Shown here in pieces: positions 33,020 through 45,030 of a DNA stretch of 64,000 nucleotides. Within the stretch, counting starts at the first letter, position 1. Each line of letters begins with the position of its first letter. Below the pieces are notes generated by a model. That model was given only the letters and a program-made list of their open reading frames with translations, was not told the origin of the DNA and did no database searches. The position numbers and the translations under genes are program-made. Source of the DNA: Podarcis erhardii (lineage: Eukaryota); NCBI GenBank assembly GCA_964252035.1, contig OZ176209.1; one strand, 5' to 3'.

Positions 33020-34178
33020 TCAAGCCCTGTCAACTCACACTGGCCAGGGCGGAAGGTGGGTCGAGTTTCACTATGACAGCACCAGGGCTGGTGTAGCTGA
33101 GGATCTCTTGGAGATCTGCAGAACTTTGGATCCAAAGCCTTCAGCATTCCATTTCAGGGCTTTCTTGTTAGTTATTACCTTTCTGCCAGATAATGTCAGC
33201 AGTAAATAGAGGTGCATACAATATTTAACCTTTAGCACTAGAAGCACATATGCACCTTTGGTCATGGAAATGCTCTTCCGTGTGCCACAGTCATTTTAAG
33301 TTATACAACCAAGGATTGTATCAGAAGATAAGTAAGATTACATCACCCATGTTAACTGAAACACATGGCTAGAAAAACACCAGCTCTCCTTTCCACAAAT
33401 TTGTATGATTGGTAGAAGGAATGTGCATTGAAAAGTGTTACAAAAATGCTTTCCTGTTCCCTACTTTCTGTTAACAGTTACTGCCGTTATTGACCATTAG
33501 GGGAAGAGAGTATAAGCATCTTAAAACTCAACTAACTACCTATCTTAATACCACAGTGATGCAACCAGAGCAACTTCAGAGTATGCAGCAACAGACCTTG
33601 AACAACTGGTTCAGACATATACAGCAATTAAAGGGTGTGACTGTCCAGCAATGTAGCCATTATAGACTAGTAGCTTTTTCATGTGGAATCAGATATAGAA
33701 CTGTGTTTGCTCTGCTTACAAGTGTGAGGTCATGTGCTAATTTTAGTTATAACTTGGGTTTGCAAATTCAGAGTTGCAAAAGGTCTGCCCTTTGTACTTT
33801 TTATGCAGCAGAGTTACACAAGAGATAAGATATGTGGTTTATATAATAGATTTCTCAGACAATTAGAATCTTGTATGGAAGAGGGCTGAATCACAAAGAT
33901 AAATACACAAGTTAATATTAGTATAAGTCATGTCCATTGGTACAGGGTGAACCATATAATGTCATTCTAATATAATGTTACAGTTGAAGAAGGGCATTCT
34001 TGAAAATATATTAAGTGATGCTATCTGAACATTAATCCCATATGCACATTCCAGATCAAGATAAGAATCAATTGGTGCACTAAAAAAAATGCACTTTAGG
34101 CAGCATAAATATGGCATGGCTGTGAGCAATGACCCCAATGGAAGATTCACAGGCATGGCCTGACAATATTCCTCATAG

Positions 34179-34631
34179 CAGTGGTTTTCAACCAGTGTGC
34201 CGTGGCACCCTGGGGTCCCTTGAATGATGGTTAGGGGAGCCGCAGCAACACTGGTCTCTGTCCCCCTTTCCTTCCCGCCCTCCTCTGATGCCCCCTCGCA
34301 TCTCTGCCTCCCAAAGGCTTGCACAACTGTTTATTGCAGTAGCCCTGGCTGTAAGCTCCACAGGCAAATGGTGCCTCTGGGAGGCACCTCTCTTTGGGGC
34401 AGTTCACAGACCAGGGACTGTGGAAGCTGCTCAGAGGTCTCCCAAAGAGAGGGGAGAGGAGAGGAGATGGAGGGAACACTCCACAAGGGAGGGTATTCAA
34501 AAAAGGGTGAGAGGCTGCCAGCTCTGCAAGCAAGGGGTGACATAACTGGGCTCCTGAGCCCCACAGGGGTGCCACTGCAAGCATGTAGTTGGTTAAGGGA
34601 GCAGTGGACTCAAAAAGGTTGAAAACCTCCA
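34179..34631. mobile_element. hAT-like non-autonomous DNA transposon
   Basis: Ends CAGTGGTTTTCAACC / GGTTGAAAACC; imperfect 8-bp flanks CCTCATAG and CCTCAGAA. Confidence 0.65.
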
Positions 34632-35907
34632 CCTCAGAAGTTTCAGGCTCTCTTGTTTTGTGTATATAAATGTTTGAGGTCACAGTGAAAGATAGTCCAT
34701 TGTGTATCTATCAAAATATATCCCTCCTAGCCTTCTAGTACAAATATTTGCAGCAAGAGTCAATATAGGCTGTCAAAGTTATAATCATAAAAACGCAAAA
34801 GAACTATAATTTTGAATCACTCATCTAGCCTTCAGAACTACTCTGGCTGTCTGGTATCAAATCCCAAATCCTGTCAATTTTTCTTTGCTTCCCAACCCAA
34901 ACTCCTGTTTCAGTATGCCAATAGTTCTGTGCTGACACAAATACGGGGGGGGGGGCCAGAATGTTATTATACTTGAACTCATGCTATCCATTGGATGATA
35001 TTTAACTATATGATTGGTAAATGTTGAGATTTACAATTAAGAGTGGTTGCAGTTCTGTATTACTACTCTCTGTAGCTAAACACAGAACCTATTTCATTTA
35101 AGTACCAGGGCAGACATAACACGGTCATGGCACAACATTTACCATTCGATCAAAACCTGTGGCATAAACATTTTCCATGACAAATGCACAGCAGTCTATA
35201 ATTAACATTGTAATAACTCTAATTTAAGCATGAAACAAATATAAAGATTTACTCCATTCAGATATGATTATGTGAGCAGAAGTTTGAAGGAAAAGTATTT
35301 GTCAAGAGACAGTTAAGGTTAAGAATAGCACTCTGGTCACAGCCATGTTTGAACTGTTGACAAACGTGACTATTTTCAGAATAATAGAGCCTGAAGTACC
35401 ACATAAGCCAGAGTAAAGTCAACCCTTAAGAATGCAACGTTGTCTCATTTCCTTTTTTAGAGCAGCATTTTGCTACAGAGGACACACACACAAAAAGACA
35501 AGGAGGCTTTTTACATGGGTACACATTGGCCTTAATGCAAAGATTACAACTTGGCTCAATGAGTTCCAAGAAATAATATTATCATAAAAAACAGAACTAT
35601 GATATTGACAATTATTATTTGTACTCTAAGAAAGCTAGAGCATTTTGTGGGTAGTAAGTCCTTGGCAGTTGTCTATGCTCTTCAAGTAACATAGGGCTCT
35701 TAAAATCCATTTGCTAATCCATCAGACCAACTCAAAGATGCATACGTCCAATCATGTACCGGTACATTTACATGTAAAGCAGATGAGAGATTGTGACCAC
35801 TAAGGGAGACAAGCATAATGCCAGGATTTAAAAGTTTAAACTTCTATCCAGTGGCATGCAATTTATAAAGCTAGACATTCAAAGTATGGGAGATATCGTA
35901 GATATAG

Positions 35908-35960
35908 CCGCCCAGAGTGGCTGGGGAAACCCAGCCAGATGGGCGGGGTAGAAATAATGA
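35908..35960 (+). mobile_element. Retroposon (L2-like or SINE) extreme 3' end
   Basis: GCCGCCCAGAGTGGCTGGGGAAACCCAGCCAGATGGGCGGGGTAGAAATAAT, recalled as a common lizard retroposon terminus, directly followed by a (GTT)n tail. Confidence 0.55.
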
Positions 35961-35961
35961 A

Positions 35962-35962
35962 G

Positions 35963-36006
<44 letters not shown>
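35962..36006. repeat. (GTT)15 microsatellite
   Basis: Directly visible; explains the poly-Val ORF at 35917. Confidence 0.95.
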
Positions 36007-37917
36007 ATAGCTCAGAAGAAACAACTGAGTAAGCCATTCCCCATTAATTTCCCTACCAGTTTTTCAAGAAATGCAACTGAGAGCACAGCCCAATTACCAT
36101 ATAAATACTATTTACAAATCCCATATTACAAACCATACATAAAATCTACAGACACACTCCTGGAATAGGCTTCAAAAGTCTGTGCAACCACAGAATGTTC
36201 AATCTGAAGTAGTTCTGTCCTACTATGACTCTGCATAGAATTAATATATGTCAGAATCCAAAGCTTATTTAACTATGCAAGGCGAAGCATTTCAGATTGT
36301 TGAATAAAGAAAACTAAGGATAGTTGATCCAGCTCAGAGCACTACAGAATCATGTTTACTCCCTACTGAACATTTAATGGCCTTGAAGGATATACAAATA
36401 AGTCAAAGGCTGTCTACATACTACATAAATGGATGTGCATTACAAGTTTTGAGGCTTAGATATTCAGTAGTAGTGTAGCTTTTGGTGTAATGAATAAGAA
36501 AAATCATGCTGGAGAAGGAGAAAATGCCACTATCCTACACCACATAACCCAAAAGGCCAAAATACAAAAATTCTCTCTGGCAATTCAAAACTTTTAAATA
36601 TTTGAAGTATACAAATAAGATTTCATAAATGAATAAGATCCACAATGCTACCAAACCTATCCTGCAGTTTGCACTAAGTGTTAGGTAAAACATTTAACAA
36701 TCATACCCTATCCACATTTACTGAGAAGTAAATTATACCAATTTCAACAAAAATTATTTCATGGTAAATACAAAGGACTACAGTTTAAGAAATTAAACCA
36801 CAGACTGAATATTAAACTCCAATAAAACAAGACATAAGGGTAATATGAAACACAAGTGTTTCATCTATTATATGCTACACACATCCTGGCAAGTAGAACT
36901 TTCAGAGTTTCTTACCCCTGCTATCTTGACAAACAGATACAGGCAAGATGTTGTTCTTTAACCCAGTTCAGGGAAAACTGATCTTGGCATTCACCAAGTG
37001 GAAGAGATTACCAACCCATGCATAGATCCTTCAGGAGATAAAAGCCAAAACTCCACCTACAGCAAAAGTGCATTGGATGCCAAGCTGTTTTTCCCCTACA
37101 ATATATTGGACAAGTTTAATCTCAATTTGCATACGGCATGCCCATTAAATATCACAGCACCTTTAATAGGGCTACACTTCAAACTGAAGGTGCTGTAAGC
37201 ATGTACCCAACAATTCTTTATTATATTTGTTTACTTTAATTACACCACCACAGTGCTATACAGTAATTAAAAGTGACATTGTTGTAAAACTGGTTACTTA
37301 GTTGTACAATGTGGGCTTACTTAATCCAAAAGATGCTTCTGTTGTAAACCATGAGCTTAGCCAACCAAATATATAATACCCATATCTGAAAATTACTCAG
37401 TTGAAAATCTATGGACATCTTATTTTGCTCACCCAGCTCCAAGGACACAGGTAGAACCTGACAAACAGGATTGATTGAGGAAGAGAAGATATCTATATCT
37501 GTTGCATAATGTTCAAGTATATATTAATACTTTAGAGCAGTCAAAGCAAAACAGCAAAGAGTAGTGTGGTGGGAATATGTCCTTACCTAAATACAGAGGT
37601 TTTTTGCAGTGAAGTGAGTCTCCTTTCAGAGCTGTATTTAGAAACATAGACTGTAGTCTTTGTGAATTTTAAGATGGGCTGTTCTAAGGACAATACTTCT
37701 ACATCCATTTTAGAGGGATGACCCATGCATGCCCATACTACCCACATGAGGTAGGATGAGTGAGATGAGGCAGTAATGGATGTAGGACTGCCCTCTAACA
37801 ATTACACCACATTGCCTAAATTTCAGGGAATGCCCAGCAGCATGATCCACTTCCTTTACTTACCTAGGGTAGAAAAATATAGTGGTTTCTTCTGACTTTT
37901 CGTATTAGTACAATATA

Positions 37918-38174
37918 CCGTATTTTTCGCTCTATAAGACGCACCAGACCACAAGACGCACATAGTATTTGAAGGAGGAAAACAAGAAAAAAAAATCTGA
38001 ATCTCAGAAGCCAGAACAGCAAGAGGGATTGCTGCGCAGTGAAAGCAGCAATCCCTCTTGCTGTTCTGGCTTCTGGGATAGCTGCGCAGCCTGCATTCGC
38101 TCCATAAGACGCACACACATTTCCCCTTACTTTTTAGGAGGGGAAAAGTGAGTCTTATAGAGCAAAAAATACGG
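37918..38174. mobile_element. Tc1/mariner-type MITE with internal 30-bp perfect inverted repeat
   Basis: TIRs CCGTATTTTTCGCTCTATAAGAC / GTCTTATAGAGCAAAAAATACGG; TA TSD at 37916-37917 and 38175-38176. Confidence 0.88.
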
Positions 38175-40084
38175 TAATTCCTTGCCAGTGGTTCAGCAAT
38201 GGGGAGGGGGCAGAAGAGGAGAGACCAATATTTCTTTGAGGCCTACTAGTTCTGGCAGAGTTCTCTGCTGTTAGCTTAACTATCATTCTGACAACAATCC
38301 CATGACAGTGAAACAAGAGTAAGTTTTCCAATGCAAAAATGCTCAAAGACCAGGTGTTTACAGATAAACATGCATACAATTGAACTATGTGTTTCCACCT
38401 ATTGTTTATGTAGGACTGTAGGCTGGCAAAAGCAAAATCATTTTATTTTAACTTAAACATTTATTAGATCTTTTATTTCAACTCTGAAACATCCAAGTTA
38501 ACTAAGAGGTAGACATGGCAGGCTGGACATCTTCAGAAATAAAGTACTCAAGACATCTCAGAATGCAGAGAAGGGGCTAGAACTCAGACCGAACAGCCTT
38601 GGATCCATAAACATGCAACAAGTAATAGCTGAGTTGCAATTTCTTAGTGGAATACTTTATGCCAACTGGCCAATGTGGACTACTACTTTTTAAAGCAGGT
38701 GAGGATTTATTTCCAAAGGGAAATGTAAACACCTCTTTAAAAATTGAGGCAACACACAGGCAGAAGTCCAGTGCACTGTAAACATTGGTAAGCAAGCTTT
38801 TTAAATAGTGCTCGGCAAGCTCATTTCGAGTGCTTTATGCAACTAAAGTCAACAACCCTTTCACCTAAAATTTGTCCCAAAGAGTCTTCAATACTGGTGG
38901 CAAACTGTTCTAGACACTCTTGTGTAATAACACTCCCTTCCCCTGGCTATGCATACACAAGTTACTGCTTAACAATGAATGAACAGAGCAAAGGGAATGC
39001 AGGAGAGGCAGAAGGGGAAGATGTGAAGGTGAAAAAGCTGCCCAATCAAAAGCTGTGCCCAGCTCATACCAGCATGGCACAATGTGTGTGTGTATACAGG
39101 AGAGAGGGGGTCCCCTTCTTAACTTTGAAGCCACTTTTTATGGATTTTCTCTCCCACTGCTCCCAATGGGACTGAAATAATACATTAGAGTCAGGCCTCA
39201 CTTACTTTTCCTGTGTTCTGGGAGACCTGGAGGGCTTTGTATCTAGCAAGCCCAAAGCCTCCCCTGCTCCACTCCCTGCAATGTGGTGACTTACCAGGGA
39301 AGATCACCTTCATCCCTCTGCATAGGTGGACTGGGAGATCTACTGCTGGTGAAGGGTGAGTAATAATAAAAATAATGATTATACAGCCCTTGGGGTGCCT
39401 GCCCTCTATGTGAAGAGGCATACAGGTATTAATAGGAATCCTTATATAGTAATCCTTAGCAATATTTCACTTTCTCACTAAAAATACTTAATATATATTC
39501 TCTTTTCACTTCCACACCTTTTCAGGTCAGCAGAATGTAGGTCATCTGATTGACTCTGTCATTTGAGTCAAACTGTTGACCAAGGAACACATGATGAAAT
39601 CTCTCAGCTGTAAGTCTTAACAGTCTGAGCAGTGAATAAACATATGTAACACATATGGTGCAATCTTATAGTCTCTGAAAAATGCCAAAGGATGTTTTTG
39701 GAGCTCCCTCTCAGTGGTAAGAGAGGTCTGCCATTGGAAAAAGAGATCAGGCCATGCAAGCATCCTAGTTGAAAGGATCTGCAGCAGTGCTACTCTGGTA
39801 TTAAACAGGGATGGAAAGAGATGTGTTAGCTAAACTGGATAAAGAAAAAGCCCTGTGCTTGTTAAGGAGCAGCCGAAGATGAGAGAATATATTCCTTCTA
39901 AGACAAATGAAAACCTGCCAGGAAGCAGGTGACTTCTAGTTCTCTTCGCCCCTAGGAGAAACTGGGAACATAAGATTAAGATCAAAGTTGGTTTGTTACC
40001 TATCAGCCGCATTAGACACTGAGTATTACATGGCAGGTAAGTGAAAACATGACACAAAAATAATTCACATGACTTGTGAATACA

Positions 40085-40168
40085 GGAAGCTACCTTATAC
40101 AGAGTCAGACCATTGACCCACCTAGCTCAGTACTGTTCACACTGACTGGCAGTGGCTCTTCTGAGCTC
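40085..40168 (-). mobile_element. Squam3-like SINE 3' fragment
   Basis: AGGAAGCTACCTTATACAGAGTCAGACCATTGACCCACCTAGCTCAGTACTGTTCACACTGACTGGCAG is the reverse complement of the 3' part of 58930-59150. Confidence 0.7.
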
Positions 40169-42149
40169 CAGTCTTTATGGTAAAGAAAGTTCACAATATT
40201 GCTCAGTATATATATATTGGTCCTGATTTAACTACTCATCATAAACCAATTTTTTGCTGTTCCATTAATCCTGTTAAAATTTTGGCTCTCAATGATATGC
40301 TGATATGATTTCCACTAAGAACAGAATACAGTCACTTAGCCTTATTAACAGAGTGGTTTGTAAACAACTTAGGATAGCTTTTTATGTTTTTACACAAGTG
40401 ACAACTTCCTATGCAATCAAACTTGTGTACTGCTACTGTGGAGCTGTGCATCGCGTGATAGGAGAAATAATAAGTCTACTTACTCAAAAAGTGTAAGAAG
40501 AGGGGAGACATGAGTCACTCATACTTCCTGCCACTACTTTTGTGTTAAGATGAGAAGTTACCCTTTATGCAGTTTCTTTATAAACAAGGAATATGTTTCT
40601 TGGTAACAAAGCTATAAATAATTAATGCCCACTTTGGGAGAATCCTAAACCTATATGTGAATGCAAGGACTGTTGAAGTCAGGGCCACATTTGGGCCTTT
40701 CTATGAGCCACTAAGATTTAATTCAACAAACAGTGATGGATACAAGCCACCAAAAAGGTTAACTGTTTGTGACAAAAGCCACCAGAACAATGTTGCAAGC
40801 CACTGCAAGGACATTATTTAACTTCTGTTTTGTCAATCCTTTGAGTGACACTATACTTTTCAGATACACTATGTTTCATATATGAGAATATAGAGGTTTT
40901 AAATATTGTTTTATTTTGTTTTGGTGAAGTTGGTTGTACACTGCTCTGAGTTTCTGAAAACGATTGTAGCCTTGGTCTCTGCTGTGCCAAACCGTCGTTA
41001 TTTTTTTTGCCACTGAAGCCAAAAAGTTACTATTCTATAATCTGCTCAAGATTCCATAACTAGGTAGATTAACCTCTTATTTACGATACACATACTTGTT
41101 CATGTTAAGTTCAATTACACTTACTCCAAGGAGTACACAGGCTTTGAACATTAGTTTTGCACATTCTCAAGAAAATATTGCAGAACCAATTTTACAAAAG
41201 GCCAGGTGTGTTAAGATTTCTGAGTAAAGCAGTATTTCCAAATATAAAATACATGCGAACAGTTGTCATTTACAAATATTTCAAAAATGTGTAAGCTGTA
41301 CCTTCTCCCAACAGACACAAGTACAAAATTGTTGATACCAAGCCTTGTCCACAATAATTACATTTTAAGCCTAGCACACTCTCCACCAGAGTAAAATAGT
41401 TCTCTGGTTGTACTTGTATTTTCTCACATCAGTATTTTATCAGTTTCTTTTTCTTGTCCAAGTTTACTCCTAGTGTACAGTACAAAATACCCAGACAACT
41501 GACATTCTCAATAGAAATGTTGAGATTCACAAGTAGCCCTCTGCATGTTTATTGAAATGGAAGCCCTCAAAACTACTTAACACTTCATTTCCTCAAATTC
41601 TGCTAACAGCTGTGAAGCAGTTTACAAAAACATGACCAGTGCTTTTCACCTCAAGTGTTGTCACCATTTGGGAAGCAGGAGCCATCTCCTAAAGTGATAT
41701 TAACAATTAAGACTTCCCAAATGTGTGGGGAAAACCAAGAGCAGGTCCATGTTTACTCAGAAGTAAGCCAGGCTGCCCAAGGGGCAGTGTGTTAAGTGTG
41801 TTTAGGATGATAACCTTGGTTACTTTGGGGGGGGTAGGAGAGTGGGAAGGGAGTTGCTTGGTTTCTAAGTGCTTTCTTTTCGTCTTAAACTTCCAGAGAT
41901 ATCAACTAACAGGCCACAAAACCACACACCGTAATAAAATTCGTGAGCCCTTTAAAAAGGCGCCACAAAACTTCGCTGGTTTTGCGTCTTTAGGGCGGCA
42001 GAAAAGCCTTTTTAAAAAATACCACTGTTTGCATGTTAATTAATAATTCCATTACTTCAGCATACCCAAAGACTCAAACTATACAGGTGTATTAGCTACA
42101 GGATACAACACTGAAGGGAGTTGGTCATTTATTTAAAAAGTAAAACTCT

Positions 42150-43040
42150 TGGGCATTTCGCGAGAGGCCGAGAGGCGTTCGCAGCCACTTATCACAACAG
42201 CTCCCCGGGTGGGAGAAGAGGCGATAAGTGACTTGCCCAAGGTCAGCAGCAGCGCCCAAGAGGAGGGGCTCAAGTGCAGGAAATCGAGGTCAACCGGCAG
42301 AGAGCGCCCCGCGAGCACCACGACCCCGGCGGCCTAAGCGAGGAGGTGGGAGGTCGCACCCCCCACCCCGCGGCCTAAGCCGGCCGAGGCCCCGCCGCCC
42401 GCTCCTGAGGGGGCGCCCCAGCCCCAACCCGGAGCCCCCCAGCCCCTCAGCCCGGCTTACCGGGCGCGCCTTCACTCCGCTGCCCAGCTGTGTCCGGCGC
42501 TGAGGGGGGTCGGAGGGAGGGAGTCCCCACGGTGCCGCCGGCGCCTCCGGGAATCCCGCCCCCTCCGCCTTCACTCGCCACCTCTTTCAGCTCTCCCGTC
42601 GCCTCCCCTTTGCCCCGGAGCGCGTCATCATCGCAAGAGGCTCGGCGAACCAATGGGCGGCGGAGCGTCGTAATCGGAGGACGCGCAGGCGTCCGCCACG
42701 CCGGGAGGACGTGCTCGGGGGAGGAGGGGCGGGGAGGCTCAGCCCAAGGGCACCCTGGGACGTGTAGTTTTCCCGGAGGCGGGTGGCTTGAGCGCGTGAC
42801 CCTGCCGAAACCGAAGGCGCCGCCTCCGCATTGGTAGGAAAGTAGGTCGCGGGTTCTTAAAGCGCCCCTTCGCGACAGGCGTTAGTTCTGGTTCGGCCGC
42901 CGCCGCGCAAAGTGCGTAATGGGTGAGCGCTGCTTACGGAAGGAGCGGAGTCGCGCGGGGTTGTTTTTCAACGGCGCGCTCGCGCGGTTTGTTGATTTCA
43001 AAGTACGAGGAAGGCGGCGAGGTTCCAAAAGGAGGAGTGG
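42150..43040. promoter_or_regulatory. ADIPOR2: CpG island / ADIPOR2 promoter
   Basis: Abrupt GC- and CpG-rich segment in CpG-depleted surroundings. CCAAT at 42650-42654, GC box GGGGCGGGG at 42726-42734, ACTACAnnTCCC on - at 42757-42768, ATTGG at 42830-42834. Confidence 0.9.
42461..42600 (-). other. ADIPOR2: ADIPOR2 non-coding exon 1 (TSS position uncertain)
   Basis: Strong donor CCG|GTAAGC at 42461/42460 inside the CpG island, upstream of the exon 2 acceptor. Mammalian ADIPOR2 has a non-coding exon 1. Upper boundary is a guess. Confidence 0.7.
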
Positions 43041-44861
43041 GAAGGACCTCAGGGCAGCGACAGATGAAGGGGAAAGTGGCAATACTGGTCCCTATTACTG
43101 TATAATATATCCTCCTTGATAAGAAAAGTGTGTATATCACTGTACAGTATGTATATAGCTTGAGGCCAGCAATGTACACGGTTGCCAAAGCTTGTGTTTA
43201 ATTTTATTACTTTCTTTCCCAAGTAAATGTTGTTTAGAGCAGCAGCAGGAGACTCCTACTTTTTCCTCGCAGTCATGACAATGCTGGGGTTTAAGGAATA
43301 TAAAAAGCAAAGGTAGCCCTATTGGCGGGACCCTTCCAAATCAGCTGAGCGATGCTTTGTGGGGGAGTAGCCAAAATGTCACAAAAGTATCGCAACCTTC
43401 CGAGTCCTCCAGAACTTGTCATCAGGCACACACACTTCTCTGCTTTGTGTAATAACTTTGCCCAGTGAAGAGTTCTGGAGGACTCAAAAGTTTGCCACAC
43501 CGTCGTCAATATTTTTTGTTTTGTCCCAGTAAATAGTATTGCCCAACTGTGGATGTTGCAATGATGTGAGATTAAGGTGCAAAACTGCACATGCTGTGAG
43601 CGACCTTGAGCGTGTCAAGAGTAGATATGTGTAATGTTGCACTGGAAGGTTGTAATCCTTACCAGGCAGTAATTATGCTTTCAGACAGACAGTCCCAAGA
43701 CCAAATGAGACCAATTTCCACTGATTGCCACATCCAAATTTCAGCAACCTTGCTCTTCATCCACACACTACATATGGGGAATTACTTCACGAAATTTTAA
43801 AATATCTATATGTAGTATAGATATAGCTTGCATAAGACCTCATTTCAATATTTCAAAGCTGCTGTGGGTTTTTTGGGTGACAGAATGTGTGCTTGTGATG
43901 TTAAATGTTATGGGAGCCTATTGCAAATTTTAAATATAGTATTTTCACATGCCTCTACCAAATTACTGGAGGAATATAGCTATATCACTCTTGCCCAAAA
44001 CCTCAGTACAGTATATTAAGAAAAGGGGAGGGGCGCGAAGTGATGGAAATTGATATCCCTCCCCCAACCCCTCCCCAAAAGCATAAAACTCCATTTTGCC
44101 CATTGTAAAGCTTAATAATGAAGGACTGGTAATTCTGCTTCTGTTCACTTTCACTAATTTTGTTTGTTTGTTTTTAAAGGTGTGCACATGGGTACAAAAT
44201 ACATTCCCAGACTGGAAGAAGGCAGTGAAAGATGGAGAAGGAGTAGCTATAACCCCATCAAGTTCAGTCCACTAATGTGGATGGCAAACAGCAGAATACC
44301 AACAAATACCATGACTGAAAAAAGGAAATGCATTGAAGTTAACATGGAAATTATGCACACAAAACAATCAGATCTGAATGATCTGTCTGCAATATAAAGA
44401 CCCCATCTGGAAGTATCCTAAATCTCCCTACATTGAATGGTACTTCCTTATGAGACAACATGCTTAGAATTCTACAGCCGTTGTCCTCATTCCTGCCAAG
44501 CCATGCAAACCACAAAGATTTAGTAAACATGATTCATCATACCTCGTATAGCAACATAAAATTGGATTTAAATACTGTGCTCTTTAAAACAAAAATGGTT
44601 TATTGGTATTTCAGGAATGAACATGTCCTGTTTTTATAGAAAAACAACAACAGTGGGAGGGCAGTCTTGCCTTTGTGGCCTGATTGTGAGGTTCCAATGG
44701 CAAACTGGGACTTTGAGAGGCAGCTGATACACCTGACCTCCAGCAAAGGGACTCTCTTAGGTACTTATTCAGAAACTGAAGACTTGCCTTCATGTGTGTG
44801 TGATATTTATAGGATTTAAGTCTTGAATTTATATTGTAATGTATTGGATTAAATAATGTAA

Positions 44862-45030
44862 TAGGCCACAGCTCAGCAGTCAGCAGTGAAGCATCTGCTT
44901 TGCATACAGAATCCAAGTAGGTCTGGAAAAGACCGCACTCTGAAACTCTAGAGAGCTGCTGCCATTTGCTGTAGACACTACTGAGCTATGTATGCAAATG
45001 GTCTGACTCAGGTAGGGCAGCTCCCTATGT
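44862..45030 (+). mobile_element. Squam3-like tRNA-derived SINE (degenerate)
   Basis: GGCCACAGCTCAG...GAGCATCTGCTTTGCAT-like head and CTGAGCTA...GGTCTGACTCAG...GCAGCTCCCTATGTT tail. Confidence 0.7.

Noticed and set aside
35917-36168. Poly-Val transmembrane-like ORF
   Set aside because: Produced by the (GTT)15 microsatellite tail of a retroposon.
42587-42631. uORF MMTRSGAKGRRRES* on - in ADIPOR2 exon 1
   Set aside because: Its ATGs are about 20 bp from the CCAAT box and so probably upstream of the TSS; cannot be placed in the mRNA without CAGE data.
42133-43188. Cluster of overlapping GC-rich ORFs (e.g. 42228-42503, 42290-42574, 42490-42837)
   Set aside because: Stop-poor CpG-island sequence; low-complexity Pro/Arg/Gly translations in several frames with no homology.
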